NCBI GenBank assembly: GCA_051362555.1
Contig: CM120643.1
Location: 13,800,644 to 13,864,643 of the forward strand
Reading direction: 5' to 3'
From: Lingula anatina
Lineage: Eukaryota; Animalia; Brachiopoda
DNA: 64,000 nucleotides
Shown here piece after piece: positions 47,649 to 60,500 of the stretch (position 1 is its first letter; every line of letters begins with the position of its first letter). Both the position numbers and the translations under genes were made by a program. The notes under the pieces were generated by a model, which searched no databases, was not told the DNA's origin, and saw only the letters and a program-made list of their open reading frames with translations.

Positions 47649-49737
47649 ATGGAGAGCGGGACTGCAAGTTGCACCAATGGGGATTTCACGGTGGAATCCT
47701 TGCTGGATAACAACAGATTGTTGAACTTGCCGCTAGGTGGCAGGGTGGACAAGGTGTACACCATTGGTTGCTTTGATCTGTTGCACGAAGGACACGTGTT
47801 CCTGCTGTCCACATGCAAAGCCCTCGGAAAACAGGTGATTGCCTGGTCCACAGGCCTGAAAGCATTGTTAACTTTTGCAGCCCTTCTAGACACATATAGA
47901 ATGCCAGTATTTGTCATTTCTATTTGTCATTTCTATTTTCACCAGTGATTAATAATTTACTTGTTTTAGTTAGCTAAGAAATTTTGTCAGTATGTTTTAA
48001 ATTTAATGGTAAAATGTGACGTAAGTAATAGCTATGTAAGAGCTGATATTTGTCTGACACTAACGGGTATTTGAGCAAATCGGTCCGTCAACTTATTCTA
48101 TTTCTGAAACAATTCGGGACACCTCGGTTAATGACGTATCTACATGTGAATTCAATCGATGGATACGAAATCATCCGAGCTTGGCCGAATTAATTTTTCC
48201 AACACTCCCAATATTTATTCCAGGTCATAGCCGGTGTTCATGACAGTCGTAGCTGTTACAAAATGAAGAACAAAGTCCCCATTGAAACAATAGAACAGCG
48301 GATGCTGAGAGTCAAGCAGCATGCTGATATGGTAAGCATGGACACACTTTGATAGCTCTAAGGTTCCTTAAGGTAGATCGATACATTAAAACGGTCTAGA
48401 TTGGTCAAAACAGTTTTTCTCGATTCGTTTTAGTAAAATTGTTAGCTAAATACTATCCCAGTAAAACAGAACACTTTTAGAGCAAAAATGACATTTTTCG
48501 TTGTTTTATTCACCACCCAACGAGCTTCTGCTTTTAAGCTCCGCCCTCGTTTATCGTTAGTAAATGCTCAATAAATAAGTAATGATCGGTTTATGTCGTA
48601 ACTCCAGACCTAAAAAAAATATTGTCACGAAAATTGGTCACGCTGGCAACATGTCTGTGCATCACAATCTGGTGCCAGCGAGGCCTTTTTTTTTTACGAG
48701 ACGTGAGCCAATAGCTATGATGTCCCATTAAAAAAGACGTTATTTTGCCTACTTATTGATAAAATTATAAGTAAGCCTCTCAAACAGATTCCCTAGCATC
48801 GGATTGTAGTACATGTACCTATTTAGTTATTAAATTTGCGTTAAAACGGTGTTGATAGCTGTTCAGGTGCAGGAGATATCTTTGAAATCGAAACCACAAT
48901 TTTACCGCAAAAACGTTGCTGTATCGTCATCAGCTCGAATTAGCGTAATCACCCCCGTCGTATTTTTGATGTGGCAGCATTATTTGTTATATTTATTTCT
49001 GCATGATCTTAGGGGATAAGAAAATAGATCCTAACGTATCGATTTACCTTAAATGCAATATAAAGTTCTATAAGGGTGTCTTGGCGATAAGAGCCACAAA
49101 GAATTATGTTGCAATATCCTGATATTGTTAATCATATTTGGGAAAATTTAAACTTTTCAATTTCTACATTAACTGAAAGGATACCTATTAAAATTTCGTC
49201 CCAACACTTGGGACTTCAACAGTCACTCAATATGTTAAAATAAGTTGTAATATATTTAGTTCATGCTTTCATGATTTTAAGTAAAAGTAATCTGAACATA
49301 AATATTTCTTACTATTTCAACTTTTTTTATTTATAATTATATTTATAGCTGCGTATTTTACGGATCAGGCTAGTTTACAGATGCGGCCATTATTATTATT
49401 ATTAGCATTATTATCAACATTGTTATTTCAGGTATTTTGCATTACAAGCCTGAACGCAGCTAACTTCTTCACGTGCATCGTGCATCTTGAAAAAGGAGAA
49501 ACGGCCTTGTTTGTACGAGGGGACGATGCACCGAATTTCCCATACCGCCACATAGTCGAGAACATCATGCCCGTCGTCCTGTTACCTAAAATACCGGGAA
49601 TTAGCAGCACAATTCTTCGCACAGAGTTATTTTCTAAAATACGAAGAGATGACGAAGGATACGTAAGCGACACAGCTTTGTCATCAACGAAAAAAAGCGT
49701 TTCAACGCGGAAGAGGGTGAGGAAAGGGCGCCATTAG
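47649..49737 (+). CDS. Single-domain cytidylyltransferase (TagD/ECT-like), paralog B; 3 exons, 199 aa
   Basis: Exons 47649-47834, 48224-48331, 49432-49737; GCFDLLHEGH, VIAGVHD, FVRGDD, LPKIPGISSTILR. Confidence 0.88.
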
Positions 49738-50654
49738 TTTGCAAAAAATGCTTGTGACCCAATAAATGGCGTCTGTTACGGCTATGACGTCTGATCGTAC
49801 TGAATGACATATGTTTTCTTTATCATCAAGACTTATATATCTCTAGTTTATAAAAAAAGATGGGAACTTTCTATCAACGACACGTTTATTATTACATACA
49901 ACGGAAAACAATGTTTTTTGCTTACGTATACAAAATGATCTTCACATATAACCAAAATGTAGCTAGGTTTTCAGACATACAAGTAAGGAGGCAGCAGTTT
50001 ATGATCAGTATTTCGGTAGGAGATTCAGAATGCTTATGGCATAGAGGCCTTATATACGTATTCTTGCCGTCCACCGTAAACCAAAAGCCAGTAAGTTAGA
50101 AGACAGCAGTTCGTGATCGGGGGGGGGGGGGGGGGGGGGGGGGGCCTTATACGTACGAAGAGGCCTTATACGTACGTAGCCTATTCTTGCCATCTACTTC
50201 AAGTGCTGCTCAAGACTCGCAGCCTGTGAGCAGATATACAGAACACAATCTCAGGATAGATTTTTGAGTCAGTATCGGGTTACATTGTAACTGTTTTTCA
50301 GGGTTGACCTCTTTTTATATGTAAATGAGATTATATATTTAGCATTCTTTTATTTCGTTTTCATTGGGAGTTTATGATTTTTAAGCTGTGGGTTATGAAC
50401 TCCGGTAAATCCGAGGTTAACTGCCCTCACCTCGATTATGGCTTGATTTACCTGGGTATTAATTAATTAATTTATTTATTTATTTATTTATTTATTTTAC
50501 AGCATGAGAGCCTAAAATAATTAGGTCTGAAAGCAGGATAATAATCGTCTGATTACACTTCGTAGCGTTAAATTACAAAGGTTGGGCAAGATACACAAAT
50601 GAATTGAGCACAAATTCATTATGTGTATGGCAAGAGAATAATCAGCACTTTTTA

Positions 50655-50706
<52 letters not shown>

Positions 50707-51271
50707 TGTCCTGATACATAACATCATGTTATGATATCACTGTGTCATATTTTTCTTACGTCAAGTTTTGTAATCATTAACACACGTGCTGTTTTCATTA
50801 AAAAATAACACCCATGTACTGAACGTCTCATTATTGTTATTCTGTAACCCTTTTTTCTCAAGTCGACCCTTTTCGTGCGTAATTCAGACCTGATATCATC
50901 ATCTACAATACGTATCATAGAAACAGCGGCGTGAATTTGCTTCTCATATTTCCACAGCTGTCTCTTTATAAAAGATATTTTCTCAATTTTTTTCACGCAT
51001 GAAACATCGCTAGGTCTATACTTAAAGCCCTTCCTTTTTTAAAACAAAATAATAATCGAGATAATCGTAAATGTCAGCAAGGTTATTTGATGTGTTTAAC
51101 ATACGAGTTCGTGTGCCGTGTTTTGTAATAAGGCAGTTTCGCGTCGAATATGCTGTTGCTGAACTAATCTTTCAGGCACTGGCACTGAAATTAAAGCGAA
51201 AGCAAGTTTAAGTTTCAAACCCGTACTTGCAAATATCACTCAAGCGTGTTTGTGTTGCCGTGGTAACAAAA

Positions 51272-52704
51272 ATGAGGACGGTTTTGTTCGTGTTTGTACT
51301 GCTTGTTAATGCGATACATTTTGGTAAGTAAAAAGCTTGTTTTAGTATCAACATTTAAATAGTGTTAGAGACCTGTTTTCAATTTATCTATAAGACCGTT
51401 TGTGAACTTTTGTTTTACATTTTCCTACATTTCCCCTGAAACAGGCTGGGCTTGCTTATCAAAGATTCATCCTTAGTAGGCCTAATTAAATGTCTGCCCT
51501 GTTTAAAAGTTGCATATTTTCACAAAAACGCATAGGCCCGTTAGCTGAATTAAAAGCCTGGTGAAAGATGGTATTGAAACACATATATAGGATTGTTGAC
51601 TTACAACTTTATAGGTTGATGATCTTAGCTAACAATAATTTATAAAGCCAGAAAAATTGCTTTTGAATTTTTGCATAACAAACCTATGTGAGGCAAACAT
51701 ACACTGAAAGAAGCCGTATTAGCCGCACTTTGGTTTGGGTAAAATAGCATCATTATAATGTTGTAACATGAATAATTGATTACAGCGATTATCAAATAGG
51801 CCTATATAAGCAATTTCTTTTAACGACTAAAAACATAGTAAAATTAGCGTATGATTTGCCTTATTCCATGCTTGTACCGTAATCCACTTTCGTCAAGACA
51901 AAACACCGCAAACTGCTATTCAGAACGTGTCTGTTTAATTGATTTACTTGTACTAGGCACATCAGTGATATGTTACAGATGCAATGCCCAAATAAACGAC
52001 CCATGCAGAGCAAAAATTGAAGACACGCCAACGGTTAACTGTTCCGTATCCTGCAGGAAAACTGTCGGTTTTTACAGAATCCGTGGATTTGGTGAGTTAA
52101 TCTGAAGCCAAATCTCTTAATTTCTGAAAGTATTAACGCAGTTACCATAAGCAAAATGATCAAAAGTAAAAAAGCACGAGGGCATCATGACTTTTTAAAT
52201 TTTCTCAGAAAACTTAAAAAACTTAATCCGTTTTCCTTTAATCCAGTGCGGGCCAATTTGAACGTCTTTTCTTTTTCGCCTTTTGTTAATTATTATTTTA
52301 TGTAAGTCGTGGGTATTTCCAATTTCATATTCCTTATCATATATAGTATAACCCTACAGCAGGATCTAAAATATTGACATCGACATATATGCATATACTT
52401 CTTCATCAATAACAGAGACTGTATATTACAAAGTCTTATCAACTACAATAATAATTCACATGATTATACAATTACAGAACTCCCTTGGCATGTGAGAGAC
52501 TGTGGAAATTCTTCCTCGTTCACCTGCCTGACTAAAACTCGTGGCTACAAGGGCGATGAGAAGGCCGGAGTGGATGGCATTATCTGTCACTGCAACACCG
52601 ACTACTGTAACCATGCCGTGAAAACGAGCAGGAGCCAACCTACATCGACACTGATAGCGTGTTCCTTACTGGTCAGCGTACTTGGTATTGATGCCGTTAA
52701 GTAA
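51272..52704 (+). CDS. Ly6/uPAR three-finger (quiver/sleepless-like) protein, signal peptide plus probable GPI tail
   Basis: Exons 51272-51323, 51957-52091, 52478-52704: MRTVLFVFVLLVNAIHFG|TSVICYRCN...C..SCRK..|..RDCG..C..ICHCNTDYCN followed by a hydrophobic C-terminus. Confidence 0.88.
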
Positions 52705-54163
52705 GGTGGTGCTAGCCACTGACTAGGGATAAATAGGGACAGTAATAAGGATAACTAGGGATAGGGATAAGGATAACTAGGGATAGGGATATGGATAACT
52801 TGGGATTGGAATAAGGATACGTTAACTTCTTGACATGTGTAAACCGGATTATGTTGATCTCCTGAGAAATGGAAGTAAGTGTAAAAGTTGGACAAGCAAA
52901 ATGGGACTACATCCTTTACTGCTAGCATTCTGTTACAAAGTATATAAATACTGCAGATGGGCCACTTAAAAGACATTCATATCTGCAATTTATGCCCATG
53001 TTTCAAAATTTAATTGAAGGGATGTGCTCAGTACACACACTAGCAATGCATTTTATTGTGCCCGATTTCAAGGAACTTACCACCCAAATAAAAATGCTCT
53101 TCATATATTTGGTGAGTATTAGAATTTTTAAAAATAGTTATCTGCCATTGTGAACTGATTTAATTTATATTTAGAATTTAATGCAATTACAAAGAAAAAA
53201 GAAGCTTTTACAGATTAACTTCTCTTTTTATTCAATTCACACTATAAATCAGACATGAGATATAGAATATAATTGTTTTTCTACTTTTTGCTCAGTATTG
53301 CTCAGTAATTTTGCTTAAAAAGTTGACTTTTTGCATTTTAAAAAGCAAAAACAAAAAACAAGAAAACTTACATTAAACTGAATCTGCTCAAAGATTTTCT
53401 TATGTAGTACAAATTTTTTTTTTTTGCAAAATATTTATTGTCTAAAAAATGTCAACCCTGTATTTCTAACATACTTTGAATGTGAGATATCACATAGGAA
53501 ACACACACAATTTCACTGCATTCTGGAAAATGCACAAAGTAACATTACCAAGCTAACATGCATTTATCAGTATGAACCACAATGGTAAACTAGAAATTCT
53601 TATTATAACAATTTTACACTTAGCCACTGTGAAATAGAGAGGGACTGTAACAAACTTTACAGAGGCAGAGCTTCTATTGTTTTAGCCCCAAATTTGTGGA
53701 ATGAACTGCCTTTTTATATAAGATGCGAAGGTAATTGACAGTTTAAAAGCCTCTCTTAAAATTAGTCCTTTTTAAAGTTTTTATGATTAATGTTTTTAAG
53801 CTTTAAAAGTAAGTCTGTATTTAAGTACTGTAATTCTTTATATTATAATTGTAAAGTGCACTGAAATGTAAGAAATTGGAGGTGCTATACATAAGATAAA
53901 TATTTAAATTATTATCATTATTATATAATTATTAATAAAATTCTTCACCCAGCTCCTGGAGATGTAACATAAACCAAACTTTGACATGTCATTCAAGTTG
54001 CAGAATTTATAGCAACTAGCTGATACCCATCACATCAGTCATTGAACCATGAGAAGAGATTAGTATACACAATTTATAGAATCTCTTTATGTATAATATT
54101 CTGTGTGAAAGTCTTATTTCCACACTTGCCCTGAGTCAAAGGTTTTGTAACTTTAACAACAAC

Positions 54164-54199
<36 letters not shown>

Positions 54200-54548
54200 T
54201 TTTAAAAAATGAAAGCAAAAAAAGGGATGGAGTAGAAATCTAACCCACTCCGCCGTGTATGGCAGCCAAGGACATTACCATTGGGTCATCAAATGCCTTC
54301 AAAATATACTTTTAACAGTTATAATCAAATTCAAACTATGGCCACTATCTTTCCACTGCCCTAAGGTATTGCTCACACCTGTCAGTAGTCAACAGTTCAT
54401 TGTAGTTTGGGAGAAAAACGTGAAATGGAGACTTTGGCTGATCTGCTATTATAATATAGATTTTTTTCCTCTTATTCACCTACCAGTTCACATAACCGTC
54501 TCATGAATCCTGTATTTGGCATGACTTAGCTTTTTTGTCTCAGTAATG

Positions 54549-55857
54549 TCAGTGCACTCGTAATTCTTCATCCAGTTCACATAACTGTTTCATGAATCCT
54601 GTATTTGGCATGACCTCCCTCTTTTGTCTCAGTAATGTCAGTGCATCCACGGCAGTCTGGCCCTGCTTTAACATGAGATATGATGTCACCAATGTGGCAG
54701 ATCTACTGACTCCTTCAAAGCAATGGACGTATATTTTCCCTGGAAGAGCAATAATCATTCATCACATCATCATCATCCCATTATAATAAATGTATTAGAT
54801 GTTACATATGGTGTAATTACATCCTCTAATGGGATAAAATATTTGGTCCCATTTGTGAAAGACAGGCTATTTCAAGAAAAAAAATGTTAAAAGGCTAACA
54901 CAGATGACTAGTTGACTGAATATTCAATAAGATGACAGCATTACCAGCCAAATTTCCATTCACAACAAAGCTACTGACACAATTAAATTCATCTTCACCT
55001 AATATTTTCCATCTTGTTTGGGACCGTTTCAGTTGAGGGGTGAGGGGGATTTCGAAAAAGCAAGACAAAAAGAACAGGGTTAAAAAGACTACTACAGTGT
55101 TTAAAGCAGTACTGTAGTACTAGTGCCTTATATCTCTACATGTACTTTACCTCCAGATTTCAAGCATACATCTATGAAATCAGCAGCTTCTTTGAAATAC
55201 TTGGACAGTTTGAAAGTCATAACATCCTGACCATGGATTCCAAAATACTGAATATTTACGTCCTGGTAATATTCCTGATTTGTACTGATCTGATTGAACT
55301 TTGTTCCCTCTGCAGCATTAAGAAGATGAGTGATACCCAGGGAGACAAGTTCTTCTTTATTTTTGGCTAAAGAGCTGCAAGTAAAATGAAAGAAAATATA
55401 TAATTTCAACTGTCAAGGAATTGCGACAGAAACAAAATTAACATGAAGAATTCAAAAACTAAGGAAATTTAATAATAAATGGAACACTCTACATGTATAC
55501 TCATTATTCAGAAAATTAACTCTTAAATTTTATTCAATTTTTATCCATATTCAGTTTGCAATATCAAACGAAAGACTTAATTAATTTGGATCTATTCAAA
55601 CACATTTTATTTCTTACAGAATTTCTTAGATCTCTAATAATTGACAATATACTGAACTGATCGCCTAGGAAAATCCCTGGATACACCTCATTGTATCTGT
55701 TAGCCATGGAATGTGCCTGTATCTGCAAAATGGCTGACCAGGTTGGGTCTTTCCTGTTCTTAGTCTTGTCAGGAGGTCTTGAGGAAGACGGCCGTACATC
55801 TTGGATAATTTTCTTCAGTTTTTCCACAGTGCAAGGACTAGATACCCTCTCTGCCAT
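54549..55857 (-). CDS. DUSP3: Atypical dual-specificity protein phosphatase (DUSP3/13/26-like)
   Basis: Exons 55857-55658, 55374-55151, 54739-54549; NEVYPGIFLGD, GITHLLNAA, catalytic VHCFEGVSRSAT, YLM, PNTGF. Exact ortholog within the DUSP3 group not resolved. Confidence 0.88.
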
Positions 55858-56405
55858 TTCAAGCAATTTTAAAACGAAAATGATGCAGGAATCTTCACAA
55901 CTTTTCCCTACCTGCAGTGACACACACAGTCACAACAAGGACAAAGATTCACTTAAAAAGTCACAATAAATGCTATAAAAAGTGCAGTTCTTTGTGAGTA
56001 ATGGTAACTTCAAAGCTCTACAATGGCATACCGCTGATGTAATCACAGTATGGTATGCTATGTTGTATGATGTCAGCATACCGATTTATTCCAATATCAA
56101 GTGATCAATATAGTGAGTCAATCCATTCAATATAAGCGCCTTCCACGCGGCCTTTCTCTACGTGTATTTGTTTACAAACTCTAACGCTGTTAGACTTTCC
56201 AGTAGATGGCGCAGCATTGTAACATAAGCAATAACAGTAGTGCCAATAGCACACTCAAATAAAACAAATTCACTCAGAAGAAGAGATATGGATGATAAGG
56301 TTTAAACTCTAGATACACGCTCGTGTCACAAGATTAGTGGTTTGATATTTCGCTTAATTTAACTTGAATGATTGGGCTCGTCTTGTATACGAGGTTATTT
56401 TCAAG

Positions 56406-57457
56406 ATGGCAGCGCCCATCCTGTCAACATTGTTCTTTGGATTTGTTATAAGAATTTACTTGTTTAATACCCCGATCGCAAAATGGTGCGCTGGAAACAA
56501 TGAAATCACAACACCAATTACGTCATGGAAGAGGGGTAAGAGTTATATATAAAAGCTTTATATGGAAATCGATCTAGATTCCGACCGGTGTTTTTTTTTT
56601 TTCATCGATTTTACAATGTACTTACCATCACCTGTCGTGTTACGCTTTACCTACCTATGTGGTTTCTGTCTCTCTTTTTCATTTTTATATCTGATATCTT
56701 GTGATGTGCTTACTGTTGTGCTTGATTGGTTTATTAAATTATTTCATAGACCGGTCAAGAACAACGTGTGCAGTAAAGATATTTAACGAATAACGTTCAT
56801 TTCCAAAATACTAGTAAGATGTTGGAGTACGACCGATTTTAGATTATGTTCTCCCTTGGCATTTTTAAGAGATCAGATAAATATGCTGTTTAATTTCAGT
56901 GACAGAAGGTCTTTCATTGTACAACAGTGGTATATCCCCATATGCGGGAGATATATTTCATGAGGTAAGCTTGTGGGTCTTCATTAGTTTCCCTTCTCTT
57001 TACTTTACGCTATTTAATTTAAAAAAAATGGAAGGTTGACGATAGCACAAATTTTCATACGGTAACACTCTTTTTTTCTGGCTTCTTATTTGAACTAGCA
57101 CAAATAATACTAAAAACAAAGATGCTAATGCATGAAACCTTGTGCTAAGGGAAAGGCCCACTAGTATGTCATTATCATAACCAGCCAGTAATCTTCAACA
57201 GTATTGACAGAGCTCTGAGCCAGGACATTTTAGTTTTCCCCTCACCTTTTCCCTGTCATAAACAGTGTTTTGCTGATAATCAGTGCCTAGTCTCTCTTTA
57301 AAAGACATATTTTCAATGAATAATGAATAGAAAATGACATTTAATTGAGAATCAAAGGAAAAACATGTAGAAAAAATTATCAAAGCCTTTTTAGTGTTTT
57401 GTGCAAATAGTCTGTCCTGTATCTTAAATTGTTCTTTGGTGGTAGTGCTCTGTGGGG

Positions 57458-57543
<86 letters not shown>

Positions 57544-60500
57544 TAAATGATAGGCATTAAATGGCAATTTATTATCACTTTAAAGTTGTCCTCTAAGGAT
57601 ATTTATTCTGCTTTTTTTATATTGCAGACGCCTCTGATTTTGAAGTTTTTCAACTACACCGTGAAGAAAATGCCTGGGCTTGTTGACCTTATTTTTGTAG
57701 TAAGTGGTTAATTGCATATTCTGGAAAAATACAGTCTTATTTAAACAGTTTTTAAAATTAAAAGATGTAATTGTCTTATCTTTATAGTAATATTTTGTAA
57801 AATTTGTCATTTGTAATCATTCTCAAAAACAAAAGATTTAAGGCCCTTTAAATTAGATACATTATCACAGCTACTTTGACTTAATTGTTGGATTAACTTG
57901 TATTTTCCAGCTAACAGATATTTTGACAGCTTTTGTTCTGGAGAGGTCAGTGAAGTTTATCAGTCAGTACATGGTAAGTGGTTTTGAGGTGCTGTGAGAG
58001 GGTTGCAAAATCCCTTTAATTTAAAGTTATAAGCAATAAAATTTAAATGGCGATTTTAAAAGAAAATTGTTGCATGGCCCTATAGCACTCAATCATGCAC
58101 AGCTCCTTTTCATTGTTGGAATTTTTCTGATACAAGCTTAGATAACAGAAAACATCAAGAAACTTTAAAAAAGCTCTTGCACCACAAAAAGACCTATATT
58201 TAAAATACCCTGTCTGAACACATAGTATGTCCATGAACGTTATATGATAACATTATAACTACCAGTTTCATATTAAGTCCTTTTGTGGCCTGATTTTGCT
58301 TACAAGGTATATAACCTTAAAACATGTGGCTGTTTAAAATATTACTGTTTTATAGTATTTTGAAACAGCTTTCAGCTTAAAATAAATGTTATTTTGGTGA
58401 CATTGAGGGGTGAATAAAACCATTTTTCTGTTAATAATTCAGATTATTGTGATCTGAAATGACTAGTTTCATTGTGTGTGAACAGGCTCTGCAACAGCAC
58501 AAACGTGAGAGACAATTTGCCAAAGATGCAGAAAAAATTAAGATCAGCTTTGATGACTTGATGTGGAGGAGGGTGTACGTTGTACTGGCGTGAGTTTTAC
58601 ATTTTTCATCTTTGATTTAAGATGTTCATTGCCTTTTTATAAGAGCTGTTGAAGAAGATATTTAAACATGTAAATAAACTTAATTATGCATTATCCAAGT
58701 TCAATTTCTTGGAACTGAGAATTGTGCATAGCATGGTGAAGGTTTTGTTTTAAAGGGAATAGTTGGTTATATCTATCTGCCTTTTTCAGGTCTTAGTATA
58801 ATTGTTTGTTGATTTCAGTTGTCTTTATATTGGAGGTAAAAAGTATTTCAATATTAAGCTGTTGACTGAAGAAAAATTACTTCATTCTTAGTCATCTTTA
58901 GAATTTTCAATATGTTTATTATATTTCAGGTACCTGTTCAATCCATACACTATTGCTACTTGCCTGGCAAAGTCCACAGCAGTGTTTAATAACCTGGCAA
59001 TGGCAGGGACGCTGCTTTTCTCCATCAAAGGTAAATATATGTATGATTTGAAAATTTAAAACAGATGATTAAGTTTGAGAATTTAGAGTGGTATATGTTG
59101 TTGTTTTCAGAGTTTTGCTTGATTTTTGTATGTTATAGAAATCCTCCCTTCCATTTGTCACCACAATAAATATTTATTTCTTTTCAAAGGCCCAGTCCCA
59201 TATCTGTTCTTTAACACAGTTTTGGAAGTGGGGACTCTAGGAAATATTTCATGTTAATACAAAGCCATTACTTGAAAAGTGGCAAAAGAAATGCACTGGA
59301 TATTTATATGTGACATACAATTAGTGTAAGGTGATTTAATAAGTGAATTTAAGTAAATTAAGTACATTTAATAATATTGAATAAGAGTCTTTTATATTTT
59401 TCTCAACAGCCCGACCTAACAGAAGAGTTGCCATGTTTTGCCTGGCCATTGCAGCATACCAGTCTCTGTATCCTGTGATGTTGCTGGCCCCAGCCGCAAT
59501 TTGCTTTGTGCAGGTGTTTATTGTATATTTCTATTTCCTGGATTAATCATTTTAAAAGCCGAGATGCAATAGAAAAAGTCCTGGATGAAATTATAGAGAA
59601 AATGCATAAAACAATTGTGTATAACGGAGATTATGCAGTTTTTTTTACTACAGGCAATAACACTGTTAAAGCAATAATAATAATAATAGTAAAAAGGGAA
59701 GTGTTAAAGGGAAGTGTTCACTAATTATTCATAGGATAAATTTTCTTGTGACTTAACATCCTTTTTAGAGGGTAGCCTAAAATTTAAGTTTCTACACCAG
59801 ACTCTACTTATTAATGCATTCACCTATATGTGTGTACATTTTTCTTTTCAGAATGACCTTGGTTTTAAATTCAAATGGACCAGTCTTATAGCCATCAAGT
59901 CAGTGGCCAGGACGTGTGGTTGGTTCGCGTTGTGGATGTCTGGTTTACTACTCTGGTCATTTTGGATAGAGAAGTCATGGAATTTCTTATATTCAACTTA
60001 CGGCTTTGTGTAAGTGTAATGTATAACCACTTTCAGGGGGTAGAATAATGCATTATATATTTCAGTTTTGTCATCTCACTGTGACAGCTCTTATTTATTT
60101 GTTTTCCTGTTGATTTTTAAAATTAAATATTGAATTAGAGAGCAGTAAACATCAAATAAAATAAGTGAAGTACAAAAGAAGCAGTCATGTTTTGCAAGGC
60201 AAATATACATGAACTTGGTCACTGCAAACATTTCAAAGTCAGATAGTTTTTCTGGAAGATGCCTGTTATGTTAAAATGAACCAATAATAGGAGTGACTCT
60301 TTTCTTATGTGTGACTGTTTATTTGTTAGCGTCACCGACTTTTTTCTTCCAGACTGACTGTCCCAGATCTCACCCCCAATGTGGGATTGTTCTGGTACTT
60401 CTTCACAGAGATGTTCGAACACTTTCGTCTCTTCTTCGTCTGCGTCTTTCAGATTAATGCATTTATTTACACTGTGCCCCTGAGCATCAAGCTCAAGTAA

